NCBI GenBank assembly: GCA_964016885.1
Contig: OZ024751.1
Location: 10,416,001 to 10,480,000, forward strand
Direction: 5' to 3'
Origin: Eledone cirrhosa
Lineage: Eukaryota
DNA length: 64,000 nt
The translations under genes were made by a program, and so were the position numbers. The notes beneath the pieces were generated by a model, which worked only from the letters and a program-made list of their open reading frames with translations, was not told where the DNA came from and ran no database searches. Position 1 is the stretch's first letter; every line of letters begins with the position of its first letter. Below, piece by piece: positions 30,326 through 42,191 of this stretch.

Positions 30326-32314
30326 CTGATTAAGTATAAAAAATAGAAATGTCTGTGCCTAAATACAATAATAATAATGGTTTCTGATTTAGACACAAGG
30401 CCAAGAATTTTGGGTCAGGAGAAAGTCGATTAAATCGACCCCAGTATGTTACTGCTACTTTATTTTATCAACCTTATAAGGATCAAAGGCAAAGCTAATC
30501 TAGGGATATGCCACAAAGCATGTCCGACACTCCATCAACACCAATTCACCACCCTTAAATATAATATAAATGATTTCTACTATAGGCGAAAGGCCAGTAA
30601 TGTTGGGGTGGGGAAAGTTGATTAAATTGACCACAGTGTATTACTGGTGCTTTATTTTATCGATCCCGTAAGGATGAAAGGCAAAGTTAACCTTGGCAGG
30701 ATTTGAACTCAGACTGCAAAGGGCCGTAACTCTATGCTGCAAAGCATGGTGTCCTACGCTTTTCCGATACTGCCAATCTATTAATATAATATAAATGAAA
30801 CACAAAATAGTGTAGTTACAATGATAAAGTGCACCCACTATGCTGTGTAAAGTGGATGGTGTTTGGAATAGCTTTCAGCTGTAGAGACCATGCCAAAAAT
30901 GGTTTAAAGGATCCTTCAGCCATGTCAAAACAACCTCTCTGTTGTTGGTGCAATGAAAAATGTAGTCAATACATACTGTGAAGTAGTTGGTGATAAGAGA
31001 GGTATCCAGCTGTAGAAACCATGTCAAAATAAGGTTGAAAGGACTTTATTGTATCACAGGCTTGATAATCACTTTAGTGTTGGTACCATGGTAAAATGTG
31101 CAGAGTGGTTGGTGATAGGAAAGGCATCCTGGCATAGTATAGAAAAGGTGCTAAACAAACGGTTGGCAGGATTCTTCCATTCTGTCAAAGACATGATGAC
31201 CTCCCTCGTGTTGGTATCAATAAAATGCCTATATATATATATATCCAAAATTAAATTAAGGGTTGTCATGTCTGAGAGACATGCGCCATACCCACTGTAG
31301 AATAAGCTCAAAGATTCCAATGAATAGATCCGAGCATTTTATATCAATTAAAAATAGATTGACATATATATATATATATATAAAATAAATACATGGAACA
31401 ATCACAGGGAATAATTTGTAAAGAATGTAAGCACACATAGCTAGGTAGGTAACTAATTAAAGTTTAACTAAAACTTCAAATGTAGATACCTTTTAAAATG
31501 ATTAATCTCCTTTGTATATATTTCTTTAAATAAGAAATATATTTCACCATTTAATCAGTAAATGACAGTAGTCAAATCCTGGATGGTCACCAAAGGATTG
31601 ATATATATACATATCAAAAGTATATATTGAGTTAAAAACTCACATTAGTCCCTTATCAAAATAGCTCAATGAAAAAATTTTCAATAAAGAGAGACAGGAC
31701 TTAAACTGCCAGGGTGAAGCAAATACTGACTAAAGATTATATGGTTCACAATACTCAAATGGATAAATTATGATTAACAAACCGATTATGATAACTATCA
31801 ACATCCTGACAGCTTTGGTTAGAACTGTTTCACAATTCAGTGGAGAGGGGTAAAGATCCAATGCTCTTCAGTGGATGTTCAGATCAGTAATGTCTCCACT
31901 ACTAATTTCCTTAGAATACTAAATAATGTGTGTGTTAAGAAGAAAAAGAACGCAGATGGTAATGCATGCCTAACGGGTTGAATAGAATGTAAGCTACTAA
32001 AAAATAGCAGCCAGATCCAGTCAACATTAAAAAACAAAAGCATCAGAGCTCAATTTATCAAAAGTATATATTGAGTTAAAAACTCACATTAATCCCTTAT
32101 AATCAAAATAACTCAAGGAAAAAAGTTTTCTGAGCCTTATAATTAGTCAGTATTTTCTTCACCCTGGTGGTTTATGTCCCTTGTGATTTGAACGCATATA
32201 TCTGTTGTATGTATATATATATATACATATATATAGTTTGATGACGCTCTAATAAACAAGCGAAACTCCAGAGTAACAAGATTCACTTTTTAGCCTTAAT
32301 AATATTGAATATGC

Positions 32315-32742
32315 TTGGTCGTTCATGCACATTGACATTGCACATCCATCGGAGCATGCTTGCTTCATTTCTCTCCAGCCATCGCATATCCTACGCAGTT
32401 GCAACAGCTAGAGAGAAAGGCTGCAGGCATGCTCCAATGGATGTGCAATGTCAATGTGCGTGAACGACCAAAAATAGATGAGTTGAGAGTGAAACTGTGT
32501 ATAAGAGGGATAAAAGTAGTGTGCGGGAGAGAAGACTGCGTTGGTATGGACATGTGATGCGCATGGAGGATGACCGCTGGGTAAAGAAGTGCCAAGAAAT
32601 CCCAGTGGAATGAAGATGCAATAAAGGAAGACCACGAAAATCATGGACAGAGGTGCTGAAGCTCATAGAGGAGATGCTGTGCTGAAAAAAAGGACCCATC
32701 CCCCCCTTGCAAGTAAGGAAAAGTGGACGTAAAATGATGATG
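32315..32742 (+). mobile_element. RTE 3' fragment preceded by an inverted copy of its own 5' part
   Basis: LERKAAGMLQWMCNVNVRE on + from ~32395; reverse-complement homolog at 32317-32392. Confidence 0.8.
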
Positions 32743-32874
32743 TATATAGAATTAAAATTCAGCTTCAACATAGCTGTATACAGACGTATGTGAATTTCGT
32801 ATTTATAAAAAAATATAGTATGTTTAATAAATAAACATTTTGAAAGCCCAGCTATGAATAGAAAGGCTGACAGC

Positions 32875-32890
32875 CAGCGCCATCTAGCAG
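32875..32890 (-). promoter_or_regulatory. Candidate CTCF site
   Basis: CTGCTAGATGGCGCTG closely matches the CTCF core CC(A/G)C(C/T)AG(A/G)(T/G)GGCGC. Confidence 0.45.
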
Positions 32891-33419
32891 AAGCAGTGGA
32901 GGATTGTCCATGCATTTCAAGCTCTGGCTCTCACCAGGACAATGCTTCCCTTTGCTTACTGCTGGAATTTATATATAAATAGATATAACATTAAATTAAA
33001 TGTTGAATGACATATATATATAAAATAAACACATCAAACAATTACAGGGGATTTGTGATGAGTGTAAACACATAATTTTTAATATGTTACCTGCATAACT
33101 AACGAGAACCTTGAATATAGATACCTTGCAATAATGATTAATCTCCTTTGTATATATTCCATTGAAGAAATATATTTCACCATTAATAGGTGTCAAATCT
33201 TGGATCATCGGCAATGGAGAAGATTTAAATATCTATGATTACACGCTAAAAGCAAATTAGGAAATAATGACAAAAAGCACGTGTGGTTTTTAAAAAAACA
33301 CAAGGGATATTGAAGGTTCTTGTTAATTTTTAATATGTTACCTCTGTAACTATGTGTTTACACTCTTTACAAATTATCCCCTGTAATTGTTTGATGTGTT
33401 TATTTTATATATATATATC

Positions 33420-34581
33420 TATCTATCTATCTAAGGCGGGTAAAATTCCCAAGATCCATGGACGAGTTCTCTCCAGCGGTCTCTGTCCCTCATTATCGCT
33501 GCCATATCCTGCATCTCCAACAGACCAGTGTCTGTCCTTAGGGCATCAACATATGTTAACCTTGGTCTTCCTCTTCTAGTGTGTCCATGTAGGGGCTCCC
33601 AAAGGAGCACTGAGTGCAATGTCAACTCTGGATGTCGGTGAGCATGTCCAGCCAACCTCAGTCTCCTCTGTGTCACTTTTGAGCTGACTTTTGGGATGCT
33701 CCCATACAGCTCTGAGTTTTTCATCCTCAGTGTATACTGATTAATGTTCAGAGCCATCCTCAGCATTCTCGTGTAGCACCCATCCACCATCTGAGTGAGT
33801 CTCTTGGTCAGTGTCCAAGTCTCAGACCCACACAGCAGCACAGACTCCACTACAGCAATGAAGAGGCGGATTTTCAGGTCTCTACGAAGGTCCGACCTCC
33901 ACACCGATCTCAAGCTGTGACACGCCGCCCAGGCCTTGCTCTTCCTCTCAACCACATCATCTGATACTGAGGAGGATATTAGAGGGAGCTAGAGCAAAGT
34001 GCCTTCCTGCGGTCATGGTTTTCATTGACTTTAGGAAGGCCTTTGATTCTGTGGACCGTTACTGCCTGATGAAGATCTTACAGGCTTATGGAATCCCCAA
34101 GAGGATAGTGGACCTGATATCACTGCTCTACACCAACACCAAAGCCCAAGTCATTACACCTGATGGGATGACAGAGTTCTTTGAGATACTGGCTGGAGTG
34201 CTCCAGGGAGATACATTGGCTCCCTACCTTTTTATCATCTTAGTGGACTATTGTATGCGCCTTGCACTGGAGAAACACCAGGACTCTGGCTTTACTGTAG
34301 CACCGCCTCAGAGCAGGAGAGTTGGGGCGAAAAAGGTATCGGATGCTGAATTTGCCGACGACATAGTTTTGGTGACAAATACAGAGAAGGAGGCAGAGGA
34401 TTTGATGCGGGAGGTTGAGACTGTGTCGATGAGTGTGGGGCTGAGAATGAATGAGACTAAAACAAAATATCTGGTAGAGAATGTTGAGAAGCCAGAGGGG
34501 ATCACTAATGTAGGCGGGAAGCCGCTGGAATTGGTTGAGAACTTCCTGTATTTGGGAGCAAAGATTGGGAATACGGAAGAT
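33420..34581. mobile_element. RTE-like LINE with 5' inversion (3' part minus 33431-33962; RT core inverted on plus 33961-34581)
   Basis: Plus: FIDFRKAFDSV, GVLQGDTLAP, FADD, FLYLG. Minus: ETWTL, RRLRLAGH, RGRP, then an (ATAG)n tail. Confidence 0.92.
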
Positions 34582-35189
34582 ATATATATATATATATATA
34601 TCCCATCCACACCACCCCCTTAAATGTGAAGTTATGTTGGTACCACAACATCCAGTCCGAAACAAATGAGGTCATGTAGGTGTCACGACAAAAAAAAAAA
34701 ACACACAGTCCACGCTGTAATGTGGCCGTGTAGGTAACACGGTAAAAACCTCCCAGTCCACACTGTAAACGTGGTTGGTGTTAGGAAGGGCATCCATCCG
34801 TAGAAAACCTGCTACGAGCAGGACAACAAATCTTGCCTTAAGTGGGAAAACTCCTGTCCAAACCCATGCAAGCGTGGAAGATGGACATTAAACGATGATG
34901 ATGATATATATATGTCATTCGACTTTTAATTTAATGTTAATAAATACTCAGATTTATTACTTGGAATCTGAGCTTATTCCACGGGTGATATGGCACATGC
35001 TTCTGATATTCTCAGACATGGCATCTTTAATCTAATTTTGGTAATATATATATATATAGAGAGAGAGAGATACATTTTATTCTACCTGATTTGTGACTGG
35101 TAGATAGTATTAGCAATTGGAAAGAACAATGGAAACATTTCTTTCCTCGGTCCGATTTGAATTCTTACTTGATCTGCTAGAATTAACAG

Positions 35190-36930
35190 ATGAGTAGTGC
35201 AGTAGCATCATTGACAATTGCTATAAGGGTAAAGGGGATGTGCTAGATAGAGGTAACTATAGAGGTATAAAATTGATGGACCAGGTCATGAAAGTAACAG
35301 AAAAAGTCATAGCACAGTTGATTAGGGTCAGGGTAAATCTAGATAAGATTAAGTTTGTATTTGTGCCAGGTAAAAGCACCACTAATGCCCTCTCCCTTGT
35401 GAGACAGTTACAGGAAAAGTACCTAGCTAAAAGTAAGCCTCTCTACTTAGCATTTGTTAATCTGGAGAAAGCTTTCGACAGAGTGCCCAGTGACATAATT
35501 TGGTGGGCTCTTATAAAACTAGGAGTAGATGAGTGGCTTGTGAAGGCTGTACAAGCCATGTATAGCATACAAATTGGCATCCACCAGGGCTCTGTCCTTA
35601 GCCCACTCCTGTTTATTATCGTTTTGCAGGCTATAATAGAGGAGTTTAAGACTGGCTGCCCATGGGAACTTCTGTACAAAGATGATCTTACGCTCATAAC
35701 TGAATCCATGGTGGAACTAGAAAAGAAATTCCAAACAAGGAAGCAAGGCCTAGAAAGAAGGGCTCTTAAAGTCAACCCGACAAAGACTAAGATTCTAGTA
35801 AGTAAAAGAGAAAACAGAACCCAGATGCCCCCAGGGAAATGGCCTTGTTCAATATGTAGTAAAGGCGTTGGTAGAAATTCCATCATCTGCCCCATATGCA
35901 AAATGTGTGTACAGAAAAGATGTAGTGGGATCTCAGGAAGTTTAGCTAAGAATGTAGGCTTTACATGTAGCTGTTGCACTGGTACAGTAAGCAGCAAACG
36001 ACCACAGGAAACAGGCACTACCGAATTCTTGGAGGGCTCTGTAGAAACAGTAGATAGCTTCTGCTACTTAGGTGACCAAATTAGCAGCGGTGGTGGGTGT
36101 TCTGAAAGTACAGTAGCCAGAGTAAGAACAGGATAGAGGAAGTTCAGGGAGCTACTACCACGGCTGGCTACAAAAGATTTCTCCCTCAGAATGAAAGGCA
36201 GACAGTATGATGCATGCATATGTACAGCTATGTTGCATGGTAGTGAAACTTGGGCACTGTGTGCAGAAGACTTACGTAGATTGGAAAGAAATGAAGCCTG
36301 CAGGCTCTGATGGATGTGTAATAGTAATATACGAGGATGGTGAAGCATAAATGAACTAAGAGAGAAACTAGGCATAAGAGGAATCAAACGCTCTTTGCAA
36401 GAGAGAAGATTGCGTTGGTATGGACATGTGTTGCATATGAAGGATGACAGCTGCATAAAAAAGTGCAGAGCGCGCAAAGTTGATGGAAGCCCAGAGTGGG
36501 GAGACCCAGGAAGACTTGGGATGAGGTGATAAAAGCCGACCTTGCCCATTTGCACCTCTCAAAGGTGATGACACATGACCGGGGTCTCTGGTGATATGCA
36601 GTGTTACAGAAGACCCAACTTCTCACAAACATAAGCTGAAGCATATATACAGTGTGCCCCACCCCTCAGCCCACACTGTTAAGTGGACATGTAAAAGACA
36701 CGGCAAAAAGCACCCAGCCCACACTGTAAAATGGACGTGTAAAAAACACGGCAAAAAGCACCCAGCACACACTGTCAATGTTGTTGGCGTTAGGAAGGGC
36801 ATCCAGCCATAGAAAACCAGCCAGAAACACCCCTAGATGAGTGTGACACGGTCACCCGACCCAACTTGCCTCTAAATGAGACCCGTCTAACCCATGCTAG
36901 CTTGAAAGATGGACGTTAATCGATGATGAT
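35190..36930 (+). mobile_element. Decayed RTE LINE, same family as 369-3098
   Basis: RT ORF 35240-36136 homologous to 726-2591 (YADD->YKDD, internal deletion, later stops); same tail ending gatgatgat. Confidence 0.93.
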
Positions 36931-37718
36931 CTCCCCCAAATCAGACAGTCTATTGATTTTAAAAAGTATGAGATATTGCATAGTGCGTCTCTGAGTTTTC
37001 AGAATAGGTACACCGTATCCCTGCATGTTGTTCAATACGACTAAAATGGTTGGTGTCAGGAAGGACATCTGGCTGTAAACATTGTCTCAGATCATCCCAT
37101 ACAACCCATGCCAACATGGAAATGTAGACATAAGAAAAGAAACTCTCCCTCTGAAAAAAAGATGGCCTTGTCATAACTGGAATACCTTTGTTCATAAGTC
37201 AGCCCAAACAATGCAGACTTAGAGCTAAACAACACAACTCATGCTTCTTGAATTCAAAATGTAGTGGAAGCTGCTTATTGTGATCACTTAGGGACAGATC
37301 CTTTGATAAAAAATAACTGGCTGATAACATTAAGCAAATAAAGAGTTTGAGACCCAGTAATTTCTGAAACAATAACCAGCTGATAGTTTTAAACTTGATA
37401 GGTTAACTTTGCCTTTCATCCTTACGGGGTCGATAAAATAAAGTAGCAGTAATACACTGGGATAATTGCTGGCCTTGTGCCAAAAGTAGAAACAATTATA
37501 ATAAGCAGCTTTCACTGTACACAATAACAACATCTAAAAATCAATATTAGTTTTATTGAATATCAAAATATAAAATTTATATACAATATTACTGTCAGGC
37601 ACGATAGTGTAATGTCAATAAACTCCTGGACTTTTGACTTTATAAGTTCATGCATTTCACCAATTCTGTTGTATTAGTAACGTATGTATAGCTGTTTCAA
37701 CAGAGAACCAACATCAAG

Positions 37719-38160
37719 TCAGTCTTGACCCCTGGAGGCTCACTGAAGTTTTGTCAGTGTTTAGTATTATTTACATCTTTCTACCAGCATTAGGCCAGTC
37801 TTGACCTCCAGGGATTCAATGAAGTTTTGTCTGTATTTAGTATTATTTACATCTTTCTACCAGCGTTAGGCCAGTCTTGACCTCCAGGGATTCAATGAAA
37901 TTTTGTCTGTATTTAGTACTATTTACAACATCTTTCTACCAGCGTTAGGCCAGTCTTGACCTCCAGGGATTCACTGAAGTTTTGTCTGTATTTAGTACTA
38001 TTTACATCTTTCTACCAGCAATAGGTCAATCTTGACTTCTGGGGGCTCACTGAAGGTCTGTGTTTAGTGTTATTTACATTTTACTACCATCAGGCTAGCC
38101 ATGACCTCTGGGGCCCCACTGACAGTTTGTCACTATAGTGTTAATAACATCCTACTAGCA
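37719..38160. repeat. ~76-bp tandem repeat, ~6 copies
   Basis: Units start at 37719, 37795, 37871, 37950, 38026, 38095. Confidence 0.9.
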
Positions 38161-41129
38161 ATTCTTTAATGTTGATGGTTCCTCATGGATGGTTGGTGCA
38201 CCTAACCATCCATTCTGTAGGAGAAAATGCCATACTGGTGCAATTTCTTTAAGAAATAACCATAAAGAACAGCATGTCATTAAAGGAACCAGACCAACAA
38301 CACCAATCTGAGACCCAGTCACACATCAATTTCTATGAGTTCTTTATCAATGATATATTAGGTCAAAAAATGGTTTGTTTATACAACCATTTTAAGACAT
38401 AGTTTTAATATAATCAAATTCTCAACACCAAGTGATGCCAATGGTGACTACGAATGGTAGTTTTTGTAAGCTAATGAGAAAGACTTTGAAGTTTTATTTT
38501 TTATCATTTAATCAAGGAGCAGAGCTCATAACTCTTTTCATGGCGGAAAGGAGAAAGAAAGGTATCCTTAACAGGAGACCTGGCCTGAATGGTTGCAACA
38601 AAGAGGACTCTGTTAAAATAACACAAGGATGGGGTTGTGATGCTCAATTGGCTGACAGATTAAGTCTAATAAACAAATAGGCAACAGTGGGATTTGAACC
38701 TAGAATGCAAAGAGCTGGAATAAATACCACAAGGTATCTCATCTGATGCTCTAATAATTCCACCAATCCACCACCCTCTGTCACGAGCCTAGAGGCTCAT
38801 CAGGTCGATGCTTATCCCAGTTTCCGAGGTGTGAAGTAACTGAGAGTACAAGACTTCCCCAGGACAGGACGTTATTCCATCACAGAGTTAATTCCCCAGC
38901 TATATCTGGTACTCATTTTCAGCTGGGTATACTGGAGCAACGTGAAATGAAGTGTTTTGCTAAAAAAAACACAACACACACTCCAGTCGGGGAATCCAAC
39001 CCATGACATTATGATTGTAAGTCCAACACCCTTACCACTAGGCCACATACTAGGCTGGTACAATATTTATCAATCTCAGAAGGATGAAAGGTAAAGTTGA
39101 CCATAGCAAGATTTGAACTCAGGACTCCAGGAGTTGGTATAAATACTGCAATGTATTTTGTTTGATATTATAACACTTCTGCCCCCAACTCACCCCTACA
39201 TTTAAACTTAAAACTTGTGGCTTTATTATCATTTTAAGTCTGTTGTTCCACACTTGCACGAGTTAGTTGTCTGAATTTCATAGATAAGGAATTATCATTA
39301 TTAGATGGTTAACTTTGCCTTTCATCCTTACGGGGTCGATAAAATAAAGTAGCAGTAATACACTGGGGTAATTGCTGGCCTTATGCCTTGTGCCAAAAGT
39401 AGAAACAATTATTAGATGAGGACATATTCCTCTTTCTGTCATACACACACACTCTCTCCCTCTCTCTCTAAACAAATGAAGTTCCTTTTCTTTCTCTATG
39501 TACATCTTTCGTTTGGTGCTCCCCCTCTCTCTATAGAGACATGGATGGCGTAACTTTCTGTCACTTCAAAAACACACAGCATTCCCTTTTCTCTCTTGGT
39601 GTTCCTCCTCTCAATATAAAGTGAGCATGACAGACAGACAGAGTGCTCTTATTACAATATAGATTATAAGCTGTTATATTGAGACCAGCATATCCTATTC
39701 CAGCTGTTATAGTCACAACATTTGGACAATTGAATGTGTAAGATGAGGAATTATCATTTAGCAGTATTGGATAACATGCTTTGTGGCATATAGTTATGGC
39801 CCTTTACATTCTTTACATTCCAAGATCAAATTCAGCTTTGCTTTTCATCCTTACAGGGTCAATAAAATGAAGTACCAGTAATGCCCTAGGATTGATTTAA
39901 TTGACTTACCACCTGCCCTTCAAATTGCTGGCCTTGTGCCAAAAGTAAAAACAATTATTATACACTGTTTTATTCAGACTAGCACACCCTCTAAAACCCC
40001 CAAACAGAGAATATCATGAAAAAAGTGTCCCAAAACAGGGAGAAATGAGGCAAAATAGGGAGATTTTACATATTTTTACTATAGGCACAAGGCCAGCAAT
40101 TTTCGGGGAGGAGGTCAATTAAATTGACCGCAGTGCATTACTGGTGCTTTATTTTATCAACCCCGTAAGGATGAAAGGCAAGGCTAACCTTGGCGAGATT
40201 TGAACACAGAATATAAAGGGTTGTAAACCTATGCTGTGAAGCATGGTGTCCGAGATTTTACATAAGGAAAGTTATACCCATTTTCACAAGAGAAGACATT
40301 GCTCACCCACTCCAAAGTGGGAGATCTTCCTGTCAGATGGGGAGAGTTGACAGGTTTGCTATAGTATCCTATCTGTTCTAGTTGCAACATTTGAGCCATT
40401 GTATGTCTGTGATGAGGTTTAATTAGCTAGATCTTCAAAGGTAAAAAACATTGGACGGTTTTGTCATAAGATATATTATGTATGAAGAAAAGAAATTGGA
40501 AGATCATAGCTTTCATCACAGATATGCTTGGTCAGAGCTGACTGTGGGTTAAACGAAAAGAGTGGAACAAATACCAATAAGTTAGCCATTGCATGGTCAC
40601 TTGGCATGTTAGAAATAGCAATAAAATGTCCCTCAAATACCACCATATTCTGTCCTAAAATAATAAATAAATAAATAAATAAAAAGACATTGATTAATGT
40701 GTTCCTAGGTATGGCAGATCAAAGCTGATCTGGGCCAAAACAACATGAACAAACACTAATGAAGGAGCCTCTATTTGATATGCTGGAAACAACAGCCAAA
40801 TCTCTTGCAATCACACCTTGTCTTAAAATTGGTAAGAAAGGACACATTGCTGAATTTAGTCATGGACGGGCTGGTCATAAATGGAATGACTCTGATCATA
40901 CAACAGCTTGATGAGGATTAGTCTGCTGTGGTTCAATAATGACAACTACTACTTCGAGAGATAGAGAAATCAAAGCTGAATCTAGTGTGGATTGAACACA
41001 GGACAGAGATATAAAGAATTAGATATTCTATACTGTACTATCTCTCTAACAGCACCAAATCTACCATGGCAAAATTCATGGAATCTTTTATTTTTCTGTT
41101 CTCTTTCTTTCTTTCTCGTTCCTGCTTCT

Positions 41130-41187
<58 letters not shown>

Positions 41188-42042
41188 CACACACATGTTC
41201 ATACGTTATATCTATTTATCTCTCTGTAAATATTGATAGATAGTAGGCAATATGAAAATGTTTATAAACCTTCATTATACATATGCGTGTGTGTGTATCT
41301 GAGTATGTGTGAGTGCATTCGTTATTTTATTTATTATTATTTTTTTTACTGGTGTCAGTTGTTGGACTGCGGCCATGCTGGAGCACCACCTTAGTTATAT
41401 ACATAATATTAATTTATCTAAAACATATATATATTTTTTTTCCCTGTGAAATTTTTTCAATATATGATGTAAAATAAATATAGCGATTTAGAATAAAATA
41501 TGGGAGATATCTGTAAAACGTGTCAAAAACAATTGTTGACAGCTCTATCACGGTTAGCGGCCATCTTGTATAAGGGAGATTACTCGAGTTGGATTTATGT
41601 AAATGTTGCAGTAGTTTGTTTTTTTGGACACAAGTAAATTTTAACCGAATAGATCTGTGATCAAAAGTATTCCAGGAATGACCTGGAATATTATTATTTT
41701 TGACATTGTGTTGTAGACTTGACGACATTATCCATTACGTCCTTCCTTTTATCAAGACGGTGAGATGTGATTTGTAGATGTGGCTGCTATCGCTTATAAG
41801 CCAACGAAATAAATAGATGCTTTATCGTTGGAACCAATTGAAAATAGGATAGTGAAGATGTTTGTAAAAGATACCAAGTCGCAGACATACATGAACACAC
41901 AAACATACACGCATACAGAAACACACACACACACACACACACATACCACTTGATACGTAAAGTTTATGTGTTAGCTGTGAGAAACCATTTTGTAGTTTTC
42001 GGCTGTCTTTTGCAAAGGGAGGTCACTGCTGTTGGCCTTATT

Positions 42043-42191
42043 TCAGCTGGTCCATGCCTGTTGTTGAATGGAGCGTAGGTGTGTTTCAACAACACCTAAA
42101 AGAGGTCGTATTGATGGTTCCGAGTGCCAACATTGTTGCATGATATTCCAACATTCCGGACTGAACAGCTTCAACTTCTCAGGACGTAAAC
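42043..42191 (-). CDS. DSTYK: DSTYK terminal coding exon
   Basis: [48 protein letters not shown]; TGA at 42045-42043. Confidence 0.93.

Noticed and set aside
37719-38160. Iron-responsive elements or snoRNA/miRNA cluster
   Set aside because: CAGTGA occurs without the IRE stem, there are no C/D boxes, and the hairpins are weak.
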